From positions 1 to 36,065 of the forward strand of contig JBFXDW010000003.1 of assembly GCA_050180745.1 (NCBI GenBank): 36,065 bases of DNA. Reading direction: 5' to 3'. This DNA comes from Bdellovibrionales bacterium. GTDB taxonomy: Bacteria; Pseudomonadota; Alphaproteobacteria; UBA9219. Shown piece after piece: positions 26,221 through 35,060 of the stretch; position 1 is the stretch's first letter; the number at the start of each line of letters is the position of its first letter. Position numbers and translations under genes: made by a program. The notes under the pieces are model-generated. The model was not told the origin of the DNA, ran no database searches, and saw only the letters and a list, made by a program, of their open reading frames with translations.

Positions 26221-27168
26221 ATGAAAATCTTCTCTCGCCGATATAAAACACCAATTGAATCTGGGCAGTTGATGGTCGAACTGTCTGCTCGTTTGCGGGG
26301 CAGAGTGTGGAAGGAAATGCAGGAAATAAACGAAACTATAAGAAAGACGACAGACGGAGGGTGGAACTATGATTCCTCTGTTCTTGATGAGGCAGAACAC
26401 ACGATCAAGAGACTTTATGGTGTTGATGAGTTTGATGTTTGGTTGAAATCCAGTGTCCAAGGAACTTCTTCTGAATTAAAGGATCTTGTTTGTAGCGGAT
26501 GTTATCATTACCAGATTTTGGATGTAATCGAAATATGCTTCGGAGAATTGTGGGACTCTAAGAGATACACTTTTCAGCATGCGGTCAACTTAGCAATGGA
26601 AGATGAGAGATGTCCGTGGAGACTGTCCGATGGGTACTTTTTCAAAGTTGACTCTGAATTTTTAGAACAACACATCTTTTCCACTGCCCATTTGATGTTA
26701 GGAGATGACGGTTTTAAAGGGGCGTTGGAGGAGTTCGATGATGCTAGAGCTGATCTGACAGCGGGCGATCACAAGGACGCCATTCTGAAAGCATGCAAGA
26801 GCCTAGAAAGCGTTATGAAGGTTATCCTCACCGCACGAGGAAAAGACTTTTCTCCGACTGCAGCTGCAAAAGTATTATTGAACAATCTATCTGAAAGCGG
26901 TTTTTTTGGTGATATTCCAATTGAAGGGAGGAATGTCATTACAGGACAGGTTGTGCTGTGCTTACCTTCTTTACGTAATAAATTAGCCGGACACGGTCAA
27001 GGAGGGATTGTTGTAAATATTCCTCAATCATATGCCTCGTTATCAATAAAACTTGCTGCAGTTCTTAATACCTTTCTGATTGAACATCATCAAGAAACCC
27101 AAGAAATTGGGTCTCCCGACACGACTGAAGATAATGCACTCGATCAAGACGATGATATTCCTTTCTAG
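26221..27168 (+). CDS. AbiJ/Abi_C-like HEPN abortive-infection protein with SSB-like C-terminal tail; moron
   Basis: N-terminal FSRRY...LRGRVW, DAILKACKSLESVMK helix, R-x5-H motif RNKLAGH (26974-26994). AT-rich, antisense, ends ...DQDDDIPF. Confidence 0.8.
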   Translation: MKIFSRRYKTPIESGQLMVELSARLRGRVWKEMQEINETIRKTTDGGWNYDSSVLDEAEHTIKRLYGVDEFDVWLKSSVQGTSSELKDLVCSGCYHYQILDVIEICFGELWDSKRYTFQHAVNLAMEDERCPWRLSDGYFFKVDSEFLEQHIFSTAHLMLGDDGFKGALEEFDDARADLTAGDHKDAILKACKSLESVMKVILTARGKDFSPTAAAKVLLNNLSESGFFGDIPIEGRNVITGQVVLCLPSLRNKLAGHGQGGIVVNIPQSYASLSIKLAAVLNTFLIEHHQETQEIGSPDTTEDNALDQDDDIPF

Positions 27169-27521
27169 TTTTGCAAGTGAGAAGCTTTTTCATTGATCGC
27201 GGTGACAAGGCCGGATTCACAGGATGGCAAAAGCTCGGCCAGCGCGTGAAGGTCATAGCCCAAGGCTTCGCCAACCTTGAGCGCGGCTTCCATATCAACG
27301 CCTGCAATGCCGAAGCCCGCCGTGCGAAGCTGGCCGGAGCAACGCAGAATGACATCCCACGCTTGCCAGCCTTCCATTGTTTGGGGTTCGCTCTCGCAGT
27401 AGGGACAGCGTTTGCCCTCATGATTGGCTTTGCCTTTGCTGCATGGCAGATCAGCGTCCGCACATGCGCCACAATAAGAAGGCCCGCCGCCAAAATGCCA
27501 TTTAGCGCGAGCCTCTAACCG
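27165..27521 (-). CDS. Tail assembly chaperone, frameshifted (gpT-like) portion of a gpGT fusion
   Basis: The -1 frame from the slippery site reads RLEARAKWHFGGGPSYCGACADADLPC...RCPYCESEPQTMEGWQAWD... with no stop until 27165. Confidence 0.8.
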   Translation of the reverse strand, partial: RLEARAKWHFGGGPSYCGACADADLPCSKGKANHEGKRCPYCESEPQTMEGWQAWDVILRCSGQLRTAGFGIAGVDMEAALKVGEALGYDLHALAELLPSCESGLVTAINEKASHLQN

Positions 27522-27856
27522 TTTTTTTCCTGTTCCAGAAGCAGGGTCGGGCTTAGATAAAGCCGCTCAAAAGCATCCGCCATCGGCCACAAATCCATAA
27601 GAGCTTCCACGCCCGCGTCTGTTACGTTAGCAGGCTTGTCCTTATCATCGGCAACGCCTTCCCATTCCGTGATGGCAAGCGTGGCCAGCTTCTTAATAAG
27701 CGCTGCGCTTCGTCCGCCAGCGTCTTCCGTATCAGCTTTAAGCGCAGACACACGCGCCGCCATGACAAGGGCAGTCGAGGCGGGATGCACCTTGACGCGC
27801 ACCCCATAGCCAAGATCAAGCCAATAATCTTCACGTTTGAGATCGAGTTTGATCAT
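27515..27856 (-). CDS. Tail assembly chaperone (gpG-like)
   Basis: Between the tail tube and tape measure genes. ITEWEGV motif; ends EQEKNG over A AAA AAC. Confidence 0.85.
   Translation of the reverse strand: MIKLDLKREDYWLDLGYGVRVKVHPASTALVMAARVSALKADTEDAGGRSAALIKKLATLAITEWEGVADDKDKPANVTDAGVEALMDLWPMADAFERLYLSPTLLLEQEKNG
27521..27527 (-). other. -1 programmed ribosomal frameshift slippery site A_AAA_AAC
   Basis: GAA AAA AAC GGT TAG at the end of gpG. The -1 frame joins the 27165-27377 ORF. Confidence 0.8.
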
Positions 27857-28797
27857 GCGTAGCTCTCCACATCGTTTGTCAGGATTACAGTCAGCATTTG
27901 ACCTGCTGCGGTGTTTTTGGCGGCTTGCCAGTTGAAAGAAGCCTGAATGCCTCCAGCCCCATCAATCGGAAGCTTGGGCTTGGGCAGATAAACCTCGTGC
28001 GCGGTAAAGATCAGCGAACGTTCGGCATCAATCGTGTAACCGAATGACAAAGCTACCGCCGTGTTGTCGGTTGCCGCATCCAGAAGCATTGTGTCCGCAA
28101 AGCGCACATCAATTGTTCCCGTAAACGCGGCCACCGTCGGGTCGGCCCCGTCGATCTTTCCGTCGTCACGAATGGTTTCGATCTTTTCGAGGTTGTTTGT
28201 GTAGGTGAATTGTGCGCCTGTGACGTTGCCAAGCTGTATGCCATCCTTTTTAACGCTCCCCTGAAACTGATTGAAGCGGGTGATGACAAGCTCGGTCGGC
28301 GTTCCGCCCAGAGTGGCGGCAGCGCGATCCTCGCCTTGAGCAATACAGCTCATCGTCGCCTTTGCTCCACCGGAACGCTCAAAAGAAACCTGCATCGAAT
28401 TGGCGCGAACGCCGCTATTCATAAAATAGCTTGAGGCCTCCGGTGTTCCGACTTCCAGCGATAAGCTAGGCAAAACGGTTGCGCCGGATTTGAAGGTGTG
28501 AACGTATGGCGCTTCAATCCCTGTCGTGACAGGCGCACCCAGCAAGGCGCGAAGCCAATAGCCGATATAACGAAGATCGACGGGCACAACCACGTCGCCT
28601 TCGACGTTGATAACATCGCGCATAGGCTGTGCGGGATCGCGACCTTGCCCCAGAAGATCGGACTCGATAAGTCCTTGCTCTGAACCAAGTTGCGATGAAA
28701 TAAAGGGAAACTTGATAAAATAGCCCGATGGCGCAGTGCCATAAACGCTTTCAAATTGCCCCAATAGCTGCGCGTTCGCGCCATAGGCTCGTGACAT
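27853..28797 (-). CDS. Major tail tube protein
   Basis: MSRAYGANAQL, LLGQGRDP, LPSLSLEVG.PE and VYLPKPK..I.GAGGIQASFNWQAA. GGAGG RBS and expected position. Confidence 0.9.
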   Translation of the reverse strand: MSRAYGANAQLLGQFESVYGTAPSGYFIKFPFISSQLGSEQGLIESDLLGQGRDPAQPMRDVINVEGDVVVPVDLRYIGYWLRALLGAPVTTGIEAPYVHTFKSGATVLPSLSLEVGTPEASSYFMNSGVRANSMQVSFERSGGAKATMSCIAQGEDRAAATLGGTPTELVITRFNQFQGSVKKDGIQLGNVTGAQFTYTNNLEKIETIRDDGKIDGADPTVAAFTGTIDVRFADTMLLDAATDNTAVALSFGYTIDAERSLIFTAHEVYLPKPKLPIDGAGGIQASFNWQAAKNTAAGQMLTVILTNDVESYA

Positions 28798-28830
28798 GAT
28801 ACCTCCAATTTTTAGGGGAAAGAAAGACCG

Positions 28831-29259
28831 CTAACCGAGTTGGCTGGCGGTCACATAGATAAGTTCAATAGGAACAATGGTCGTTTGAACGCTTGGCGCA
28901 CCTTCGATTGCCAGCGTGTCCGTGTCGGGTGCTTGCGGCGTTACGCGATCACATAAACCACCCAGCGTCGGATCATTTGAGAGAACAGCGGCAATCTCCT
29001 GAAACAATCCGTCCATCGTCTGGTTGCGCGTGTCGCCGTCAATCGCCTGCACGAAGATTTCAAGCGAGGCCGAATGTTCCCAATAGTAAGAGAGCGGTGA
29101 AAGCATGGTTTCGGGTTCGCCTGGATCGCCATCGCGCAAAATCAAAAGACCTTCTGGAGGGATTCTCTCCGGCAAGGGGTCATTGCGCAGGATTTTGGGG
29201 CCAGAGATTGTCTGTAAAGCTGCAAACAAGGCTTGCAGGATCGTTTCGCGTGTCGTCAT
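28831..29259 (-). CDS. Tail terminator/completion protein (gpU-like)
   Basis: MTTRETIL..., LILRDGDPGEP, DPTLGGLCD. Directly upstream of the tube gene. Confidence 0.75.
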   Translation of the reverse strand: MTTRETILQALFAALQTISGPKILRNDPLPERIPPEGLLILRDGDPGEPETMLSPLSYYWEHSASLEIFVQAIDGDTRNQTMDGLFQEIAAVLSNDPTLGGLCDRVTPQAPDTDTLAIEGAPSVQTTIVPIELIYVTASQLG

Positions 29260-29900
29260 GTGTCGGATGACTCTTTCCAGTTTTCAATCACGAGGGGCTC
29301 AAGGTTGTTGCTCCACTTTGCGACGGCGCTCTTTACGTCGAGACGTTTTTTTAAGGAGACCTGCGGAATAAGGACGAACATCGGCACGGTCGTTTGGCCT
29401 TTGCTCGTTTTGGCCTTTGCGAACCCACCGCGTTTGCCTTTTCGTGCCCGCATGTTTTCGGCAATAAGGATCGGGTTGTTGCCGCCCGTGCGTTTGACGA
29501 AAACAAGCTTTTGCTTGTTGTGTTGTTCCCAGTTTTTTGGCGTTAGCTTTTTACGTCCCGCCAGCTTGCCTGCTGCGGGGAGCGGGATCGGGAGATAAGC
29601 GCCCGTGTGTGAGCGAATGATGGCTCCCGTATCAAAGGCGGTGATAATCTGCGGTGCGTTGCTCCAAACAAAACCAGCCGTATTCAGGCTCATCCTGCCC
29701 TTGGGGTACGTTTTGCCGCGCCATGTAAAGGCCAGCTTTTTGCCAAGCCCTGCGCCTGTCACCTGATCGCGCAATTCTGCTTTAAGATGATCCGTTGTTT
29801 CGCGGACACCGAGCGTCACGGCACGTTCTGCCGCTGCAATTTCCTGTTTCATGATCTTTTCAAGATCACCACGCAGAGCGACAAACAAACGTGGGTTCAT
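29256..29900 (-). CDS. Basic neck/tail completion protein (gpZ/HK97 gp10-like, DUF6441-like)
   Basis: Lys/Arg-rich, with TVPMFVLIPQVSLKKRLD. ATGA overlaps on both sides. Confidence 0.75.
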   Translation of the reverse strand: MNPRLFVALRGDLEKIMKQEIAAAERAVTLGVRETTDHLKAELRDQVTGAGLGKKLAFTWRGKTYPKGRMSLNTAGFVWSNAPQIITAFDTGAIIRSHTGAYLPIPLPAAGKLAGRKKLTPKNWEQHNKQKLVFVKRTGGNNPILIAENMRARKGKRGGFAKAKTSKGQTTVPMFVLIPQVSLKKRLDVKSAVAKWSNNLEPLVIENWKESSDT

Positions 29901-30208
29901 AGCGGAACCACGTTCAATGTCCAAACCAGCCGCTCACGGTCAGCCGTCGGCTCGGATTGCACTTGATAGGTCACGCCATTCACCGTGAGCCTGTCTCCTA
30001 CTTGCGGCGCAGGAACATCGGACGCTTGCACGTCAAAGATATGCGTCTCGCTGTGGATTTGCGCATCGCCAAAGCTTTTCAGCGTATCCGGCTGTTTGGC
30101 GATAACGCGCACGGGTTTGGTTTCTGCGCTCCCGATAGAAAGGTAAGCAGCGTCCTTTGCAAGATGAGGGTCAGCAAAGAACGCTGCTATGGCTGCGGCA
30201 AAGGCCAT
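29897..30208 (-). CDS. Head-tail joining protein (gpFII-like)
   Basis: FFADPHLAKDA and PAPQVGDRLTVNG..Y.VQSEP..DRERLVW. TAATG-coupled to the capsid gene. Confidence 0.8.
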   Translation of the reverse strand: MAFAAAIAAFFADPHLAKDAAYLSIGSAETKPVRVIAKQPDTLKSFGDAQIHSETHIFDVQASDVPAPQVGDRLTVNGVTYQVQSEPTADRERLVWTLNVVPL

Positions 30209-31215
30209 TAAGCCACACCCTTAATCAGCACCTTTGGACGGGTGCAGATGGGCAGAGGGTTGGCTTGTGTGTGGAGTTTGACCCAGCGCCCGAACTCCAT
30301 ATCAACGGCCTGTTTTGCATAACGAGGCAAACCGATGGTGTTGACCGTTTCAACAAAATCCGCAGGCGCGTTGTATTGCCGGAAAAGGCCTTGTACCCCT
30401 ACGGGGAACAAACGGACTTCGCCATCTTCAATGGAACACCCGCTGCCTCCATGATATTCCTCAAAGACAATGCCCGCATAGTCAAACTGACCACGCGCTT
30501 GGCCGCGCCTTAAGAAGATGCCCTCCTGAAAACGATCATAAGCCGCTGTGACTTCCTCATGCGTAACCAGCGCGTCAAAGAAGCTGGCCGAGCAGAAAGC
30601 ATGGATATGATCGTAAGGAACCGCCCCAAGCGCGTTTTCCATTGTGCGCTTGATTTGGTGGCACAGCTTCTTGATCGCACCGTTGGCAGGATTGGCGTTG
30701 TCGAGATCAAAATCCACGTCGCTATTGGCCACAACGTTGAACTCGTCGAAGAGGTTGTAAAGAACGCTTACCCCATCCGCGTCGATAACCTCGCCCTTGA
30801 TTGCGCCAAGGCGCAGATTTTCAAGGGTAAGATCATGTTTCGCGGCCATTTCGCCAAGGCGATCATTCACGACGGTTTGAACGCTTTGAACAGCGGTTTC
30901 GCTGCCAAACTCCCGAACGCCTTGGACTTCATCGGCAAGGATGGTGTCTTCAAGCGTCAAGTGCGTGGCAAGCAAAGAACGGGCTTTACGTTTGTTGTGC
31001 TTGTTTTGGGTTGCGGGCGCACCACGGGGCGAAGTCGGGATCAGCTCAAGCGAACCTTCCTTTTCTTCGATCATGATGGAGATTGTCGATACCCCGCTTT
31101 CCCTGAAAAGACCAAGCTGTCCGACTTGTCCAGGGAGATAAGGCATTTTGTTGATGGCATCGGTCAGTGACGTGACCGAAAACGCATCGTTCGAGAAAAT
31201 ATCGAGCATAGGCAT
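30208..31215 (-). CDS. Major capsid protein (lambda gpE family)
   Basis: FSVTSLTDAIN..PY.PG, LRLGAIKG, APADFVETVNTIGLP and QANPLPICTRP. GAAAGGA RBS. Confidence 0.95.
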   Translation of the reverse strand: MPMLDIFSNDAFSVTSLTDAINKMPYLPGQVGQLGLFRESGVSTISIMIEEKEGSLELIPTSPRGAPATQNKHNKRKARSLLATHLTLEDTILADEVQGVREFGSETAVQSVQTVVNDRLGEMAAKHDLTLENLRLGAIKGEVIDADGVSVLYNLFDEFNVVANSDVDFDLDNANPANGAIKKLCHQIKRTMENALGAVPYDHIHAFCSASFFDALVTHEEVTAAYDRFQEGIFLRRGQARGQFDYAGIVFEEYHGGSGCSIEDGEVRLFPVGVQGLFRQYNAPADFVETVNTIGLPRYAKQAVDMEFGRWVKLHTQANPLPICTRPKVLIKGVA

Positions 31216-31291
31216 AAGGGATTTTCCTTTCCGCATAGAAAAAGCCCAGCACTTTTAAAAAGCACGGGGCTTGATTGGTGGTTTGGGCGTG

Positions 31292-31942
31292 TTAGAGGGC
31301 AGACCTTGCTAGGATCACTTGCTTTCTGAACTCGGAAAGGGCGACGGCTTTTTGAACGTCCGTCGCGCCCGTGAACCAAACCAACTCGGCCTCATTGACT
31401 TCCGCATGGCGGGAGATAATGACGGCTTCCTTGTCCCCATCGGTTGCGTCCACATTATCCAGCAAAAGCGCAACAGGCGTTTGCGAACCATCGGTGTTGG
31501 CTGGATTATATTCCTTGTACTTTCCTGATCCCGCCGAGACCGTCATGGTGAAGACATCGCCCGCTGCAAAGTCAGTAGAACCCGCTGTCAGGGTGAAATG
31601 AATCTCCCCTGCGAAGGCTGTGCCGACTTCTGCCGATCCAATGGTCACACCATCGGGATCTTCGACCGAGAAGGTTCCAGCGCCCGTGGCGGGCTCAATG
31701 CAGGTGATTTTGTAATCCCCCACCTTTGCGCCAGTATCGACGGATACGCTTGAAAGCACCCCATCGCCTGTATTGCCGGAAGAGGCTGCGCCGGAGGCTG
31801 TGCCAACCGACACCTTGCCAAGAACATGACCCGCCTTGAGATTTTGCCCAGCAAGAACGGTCACGATCTCCCGCGAGATTGTGCCTTCGCCCTCTGTCAC
31901 GAGGAACTCGGCTTTATGTTGACCTTCTGTAACTTCTGTCAT
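31292..31942 (-). CDS. Head decoration protein (gpD-like) with an inserted beta-rich domain
   Basis: N-terminal EFLVTE...SRE.VT...NLKAGHVLG and C-terminal GKYKEYNPANTDGSQ...RHAEVN..ELVW, separated by a Gly/Thr/Ser-rich insert of about 90 aa. Confidence 0.85.
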   Translation of the reverse strand: MTEVTEGQHKAEFLVTEGEGTISREIVTVLAGQNLKAGHVLGKVSVGTASGAASSGNTGDGVLSSVSVDTGAKVGDYKITCIEPATGAGTFSVEDPDGVTIGSAEVGTAFAGEIHFTLTAGSTDFAAGDVFTMTVSAGSGKYKEYNPANTDGSQTPVALLLDNVDATDGDKEAVIISRHAEVNEAELVWFTGATDVQKAVALSEFRKQVILARSAL

Positions 31943-31945
31943 GGA

Positions 31946-32302
31946 TTAGGCTCCTTTCACATTGTTGCGGGATGCGTAGATTGCTGCCGTGTCGATTTTG
32001 GCCTCGCCGGACGGCGTGGGGGCTGGCACATGACCTGTGATGGCCGTGGCTTCAGCTTGTTGGACTTTGCTTTCCAGCAAGGCTTTCCTTACCTCGGCAA
32101 CAGGAACGGTCTTTTTGATAAAGGCCTCTGCCTTTTCGGGTGCGCCCGCCAAAGAGCAAAGGTCTTGCACTTCGGTCATATAGGCTTGGGCCTCGGCAAA
32201 ACCTTCGGCTTTGGCCTGTTTGATAAGTTCCTCTTGCGAGGCCGTGACTTCCTGCGCTTGTTCTTGCGCCTGGGGAGTCGGCTTTTCTTCGGCTTGTGTC
32301 AT
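31946..32302 (-). CDS. Nested in-frame scaffolding protein (Nu3-like, 118 aa)
   Basis: Internal AGAAAGGA RBS just upstream of in-frame ATG 32302 (MTQAEEKPTPQ...). Confidence 0.65.
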   Translation of the reverse strand: MTQAEEKPTPQAQEQAQEVTASQEELIKQAKAEGFAEAQAYMTEVQDLCSLAGAPEKAEAFIKKTVPVAEVRKALLESKVQQAEATAITGHVPAPTPSGEAKIDTAAIYASRNNVKGA

Positions 32303-33169
32303 GAAAACATCCTTTCTGTTGGCTGGGGTTGAGAGAAGAGAAGAAAGATCGGTGAGTGCCATCTCAAAGGTTCCGATCTTGTCGGCAAGGCCTGCGCTCA
32401 CAGCGTTATCGCCAAAGAAAAGCGAGGCTTCTGTTTGGCGAATAGTCTTTGCATCAAGACCACGACCCGTGGCGACGCATTGAACGAACATGACGTAAAT
32501 GCGGTTCACTTCTTTTTGCAAAGCGTTCCGCGCTGGATCGGCCAGCGGTTTATGTGGGGAGTAATCGTCTTTATGGTCGCCTGCGAAGATGGCTGTATAT
32601 TTTAGGCCTTCGTCTTCATCTGCTTGGCTTTGATCGAGGTGAACGGCAATCACGCCGATAGAGCCAACGCCGCCCGTGCGCGAAACATAAATCCGCTCGG
32701 CGGATGCTGCCAACGCATAGGCTGCGGAAAAGGATTCTTCATTGGCAACAGCCCAGACGGGTTTCTCCTGCCGCGCCGCATAAATCTGATCGGCCAGATC
32801 AAACACGCCGCCCGCTTCACCCCCAGGGCTATCAATATCAAGCAAGATTGCCCGCACAGATGGATCACAAACCGCGCCAGCCAATTGCGCTGACAGCTCG
32901 GCATAGCTGGTGAGGCCGCTTAAAGCCTCCAGCCCCACCGTGCGCCGGACAAGCGTTCCAAGGATAGGAATAATGGCGACACCATCGCCTGTGATCTCAT
33001 AGTTGCGTGTCTTTTTAGGAACCGTATCCATCGCAGTCGCGGTTGCGCGAAGCGCAGAGCAGTCGCGATCAAACTTAGGCGCAAGAACGCCCAAGATCAC
33101 TTCCAGCTTGGCGTGGCTAATCATAAGGGGCGCAGAAAAGATGCGTCCCGCGATATGGGGCAAGATCAT
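31946..33169 (-). CDS. S49 prohead protease with C-terminal scaffold (lambda gpC/Nu3-like)
   Basis: LLDIDSPGG, FSAAYALA and GGVGSIGV, followed by a helical Ala/Glu/Gln-rich tail. Confidence 0.93.
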   Translation of the reverse strand: MILPHIAGRIFSAPLMISHAKLEVILGVLAPKFDRDCSALRATATAMDTVPKKTRNYEITGDGVAIIPILGTLVRRTVGLEALSGLTSYAELSAQLAGAVCDPSVRAILLDIDSPGGEAGGVFDLADQIYAARQEKPVWAVANEESFSAAYALAASAERIYVSRTGGVGSIGVIAVHLDQSQADEDEGLKYTAIFAGDHKDDYSPHKPLADPARNALQKEVNRIYVMFVQCVATGRGLDAKTIRQTEASLFFGDNAVSAGLADKIGTFEMALTDLSSLLSTPANRKDVFMTQAEEKPTPQAQEQAQEVTASQEELIKQAKAEGFAEAQAYMTEVQDLCSLAGAPEKAEAFIKKTVPVAEVRKALLESKVQQAEATAITGHVPAPTPSGEAKIDTAAIYASRNNVKGA

Positions 33170-34686
33170 GCGTTATTGTCTTTCTCTTCGGCGTTTTCGT
33201 CCGGCTCTTTGTTCTCGTCGGGCGTATCTTCCGTTTCAGCTTTGGGCGCGTCCGATGTTGCGCCTGTCTTGATGCCGAGCTTTTTCTTTCGCGCATTATC
33301 CTCGGCAATGCGCTGATACGTCTCATCGACGTTGTTGCCTTCGGCTTCGATAATGTCGCTTGGTGCTTTCCAGCCCATTTCCTGCGCGATCTTTTCGGCC
33401 TGACGGTCTTTAAGCGGATCGACCCATTCCCAGCGCGGCTTGATCCATTTCACGCGGTTATAAGGGCGCGGGTTTTGAACAAAGTGAGGAAGACGCAGCG
33501 CCCCAGACAGCACGGCTGTTTCCAGCCAACGCCGCCAGACCGGACGGCAAAGCTGATAAATCATCGTCATTTCTTGGAACTGGTTCAGGCGGCGGCGAAA
33601 CTCGACGGTACCGGCTCTCGTGCTTGAATAGTTGGCCGACTTAAGATCGCCCGTCACATTGGCGTAAGGAACGCCGAGCGCGGCTGAAATGGCTAAAAGG
33701 GTGCGATATTGAAACACCTCATAAGACCCGCCCACGTCTGCGGGGGATGAGAACTTAATGTCTTCGCCTGGCAACAAAACCTGCATCGTGCCAGGGGACA
33801 GTCCCGCTATGGCAGAGCCGTTTTCGTCGGCATCGCTTTCGCCAATCAATTTGTCTTCCGGTGAATCCTTAGTGATAAACCCAGCGAAGAGAGCCGCGAC
33901 CTTCTTGCGATCCAGTTCCGCATCGTCATATTGGTCGAGCAAAAATAGCTTAACCAGCGCGGGCGCGATCCAAGGAACGCCTCGGATTTGTCCAGGACGC
34001 TGCGGGCGATAGATATGCAGCACTTCCGAAGCCGGAACGCGCACAATCTCGCCTGTATTGCCGCTTTCCGTGCTGTCCCCTGGATGCTTGCGATAGAAAT
34101 GATAGGCAACACGCTTGCCAATCCCGTTAAACTCAATCCCGCACCGGACGCTGTTGCCTCTGGCTCCCCTTTCTGTTTTGGAGAGCGGCAACATCTCGCT
34201 TTCCAGAAGCTGAAGCTGCAAGGGAACGGAAAGCCCGTCAGACTCCCGCCGAGGCCGAAAGCGAATAAAACATTCGCCAGCTTCAAAGAGAGCATGGGCG
34301 ATAAGTGCCTGCATCCCGAAAAAATCTGTCAACCCATCGGCATCGGCTTCCAGCGCCCAGTCTTTCCAAAGCTGGATGATCTCATCTTTCAGCACTTCGT
34401 TTTCAATCAGGCACGAAGGGCGGATGCCATCGCCAATGGCATTTGAAACAAAACTATTCGCCGCATTTGATGCGTAGGGGTTAGAGCGCACAATCTGCCG
34501 CGCCCGTGCCCGCAGCAGGTCGCCACCGCTTGAGACGAGGCCGTTAATATTCTGTTCGGTTGCTTTCCACGCAATGAGCCTGCGCTTGGCCATCGCACCT
34601 TCAAAGCCGCCTGATAAGGCAGACATGGACAATCGTCCGGTGGCAGCGTATTTGGCCGCTGCCCCGATACGGGAAAACAGATTCAT
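33166..34686 (-). CDS. Portal protein (lambda gpB family)
   Basis: LRARARQIVRSNPYA, RPGQIRGVPW, TGDL.SANYSS.RAG and WEWVDPLKD. Confidence 0.96.
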   Translation of the reverse strand: MNLFSRIGAAAKYAATGRLSMSALSGGFEGAMAKRRLIAWKATEQNINGLVSSGGDLLRARARQIVRSNPYASNAANSFVSNAIGDGIRPSCLIENEVLKDEIIQLWKDWALEADADGLTDFFGMQALIAHALFEAGECFIRFRPRRESDGLSVPLQLQLLESEMLPLSKTERGARGNSVRCGIEFNGIGKRVAYHFYRKHPGDSTESGNTGEIVRVPASEVLHIYRPQRPGQIRGVPWIAPALVKLFLLDQYDDAELDRKKVAALFAGFITKDSPEDKLIGESDADENGSAIAGLSPGTMQVLLPGEDIKFSSPADVGGSYEVFQYRTLLAISAALGVPYANVTGDLKSANYSSTRAGTVEFRRRLNQFQEMTMIYQLCRPVWRRWLETAVLSGALRLPHFVQNPRPYNRVKWIKPRWEWVDPLKDRQAEKIAQEMGWKAPSDIIEAEGNNVDETYQRIAEDNARKKKLGIKTGATSDAPKAETEDTPDENKEPDENAEEKDNNA

Positions 34687-34699
34687 GGGGAAATCCTTC

Positions 34700-34906
34700 T
34701 TAAAGGTCTTTTTCGGCGTAAACCTTGATCTGGCGCGTCATCGGCTTGCCGCTATCCCGCGCCAAACCCTGTTCGACCTCGGCCAGCGCCGCTTTCAGCT
34801 CGGCCATCGTGCGGTATTGAACGGTCTTGCCGTCGTAAGACAGGCTCAACACGCCGCTTGCAATTGCGGCCTTCAAAGCATCGCGTTGCGTCGTCGTATA
34901 AGTCAT
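34700..34906 (-). CDS. Head-tail adaptor (gpW-like)
   Basis: ALKAAIASGVLSLSYDGKTVQYRTMAEL. GGAGG RBS, directly upstream of the portal gene. Confidence 0.9.
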   Translation of the reverse strand: MTYTTTQRDALKAAIASGVLSLSYDGKTVQYRTMAELKAALAEVEQGLARDSGKPMTRQIKVYAEKDL

Positions 34907-35060
34907 CGCGATGCCTCCAATTCAAGAAACGTTATGAAAGTTTAAAAGAGCCTTGCGTGGCTGGTGTTGGGCGTTATGCTGCCGAACCTTTTTTAGAGAC
35001 GGGTTTTGCAGTGATTGATTTTGTTTTTATGAAACCGCCGCTTTTTACAGGCGGTCACGC

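Larger units (their letters stand above)
12206..34906 (-). mobile_element. Prophage or prophage-derived siphovirus morphogenesis and lysis module; boundaries approximate
   Basis: Contiguous head-neck-tail-fibre-lysis gene order on the minus strand. No att sites, integrase or terminase identified. Confidence 0.9.

Noticed and set aside
27065-27493. 142-aa ORF as a readthrough extension of gpG
   Set aside because: It runs ~100 nt into the AbiJ-like gene, and the -1 frame gives the more plausible product.
31241-31272. Terminator between gpD and the capsid gene
   Set aside because: Only a short AAGCCC/GGGCTT stem with a long imperfect interior; too weak to call.
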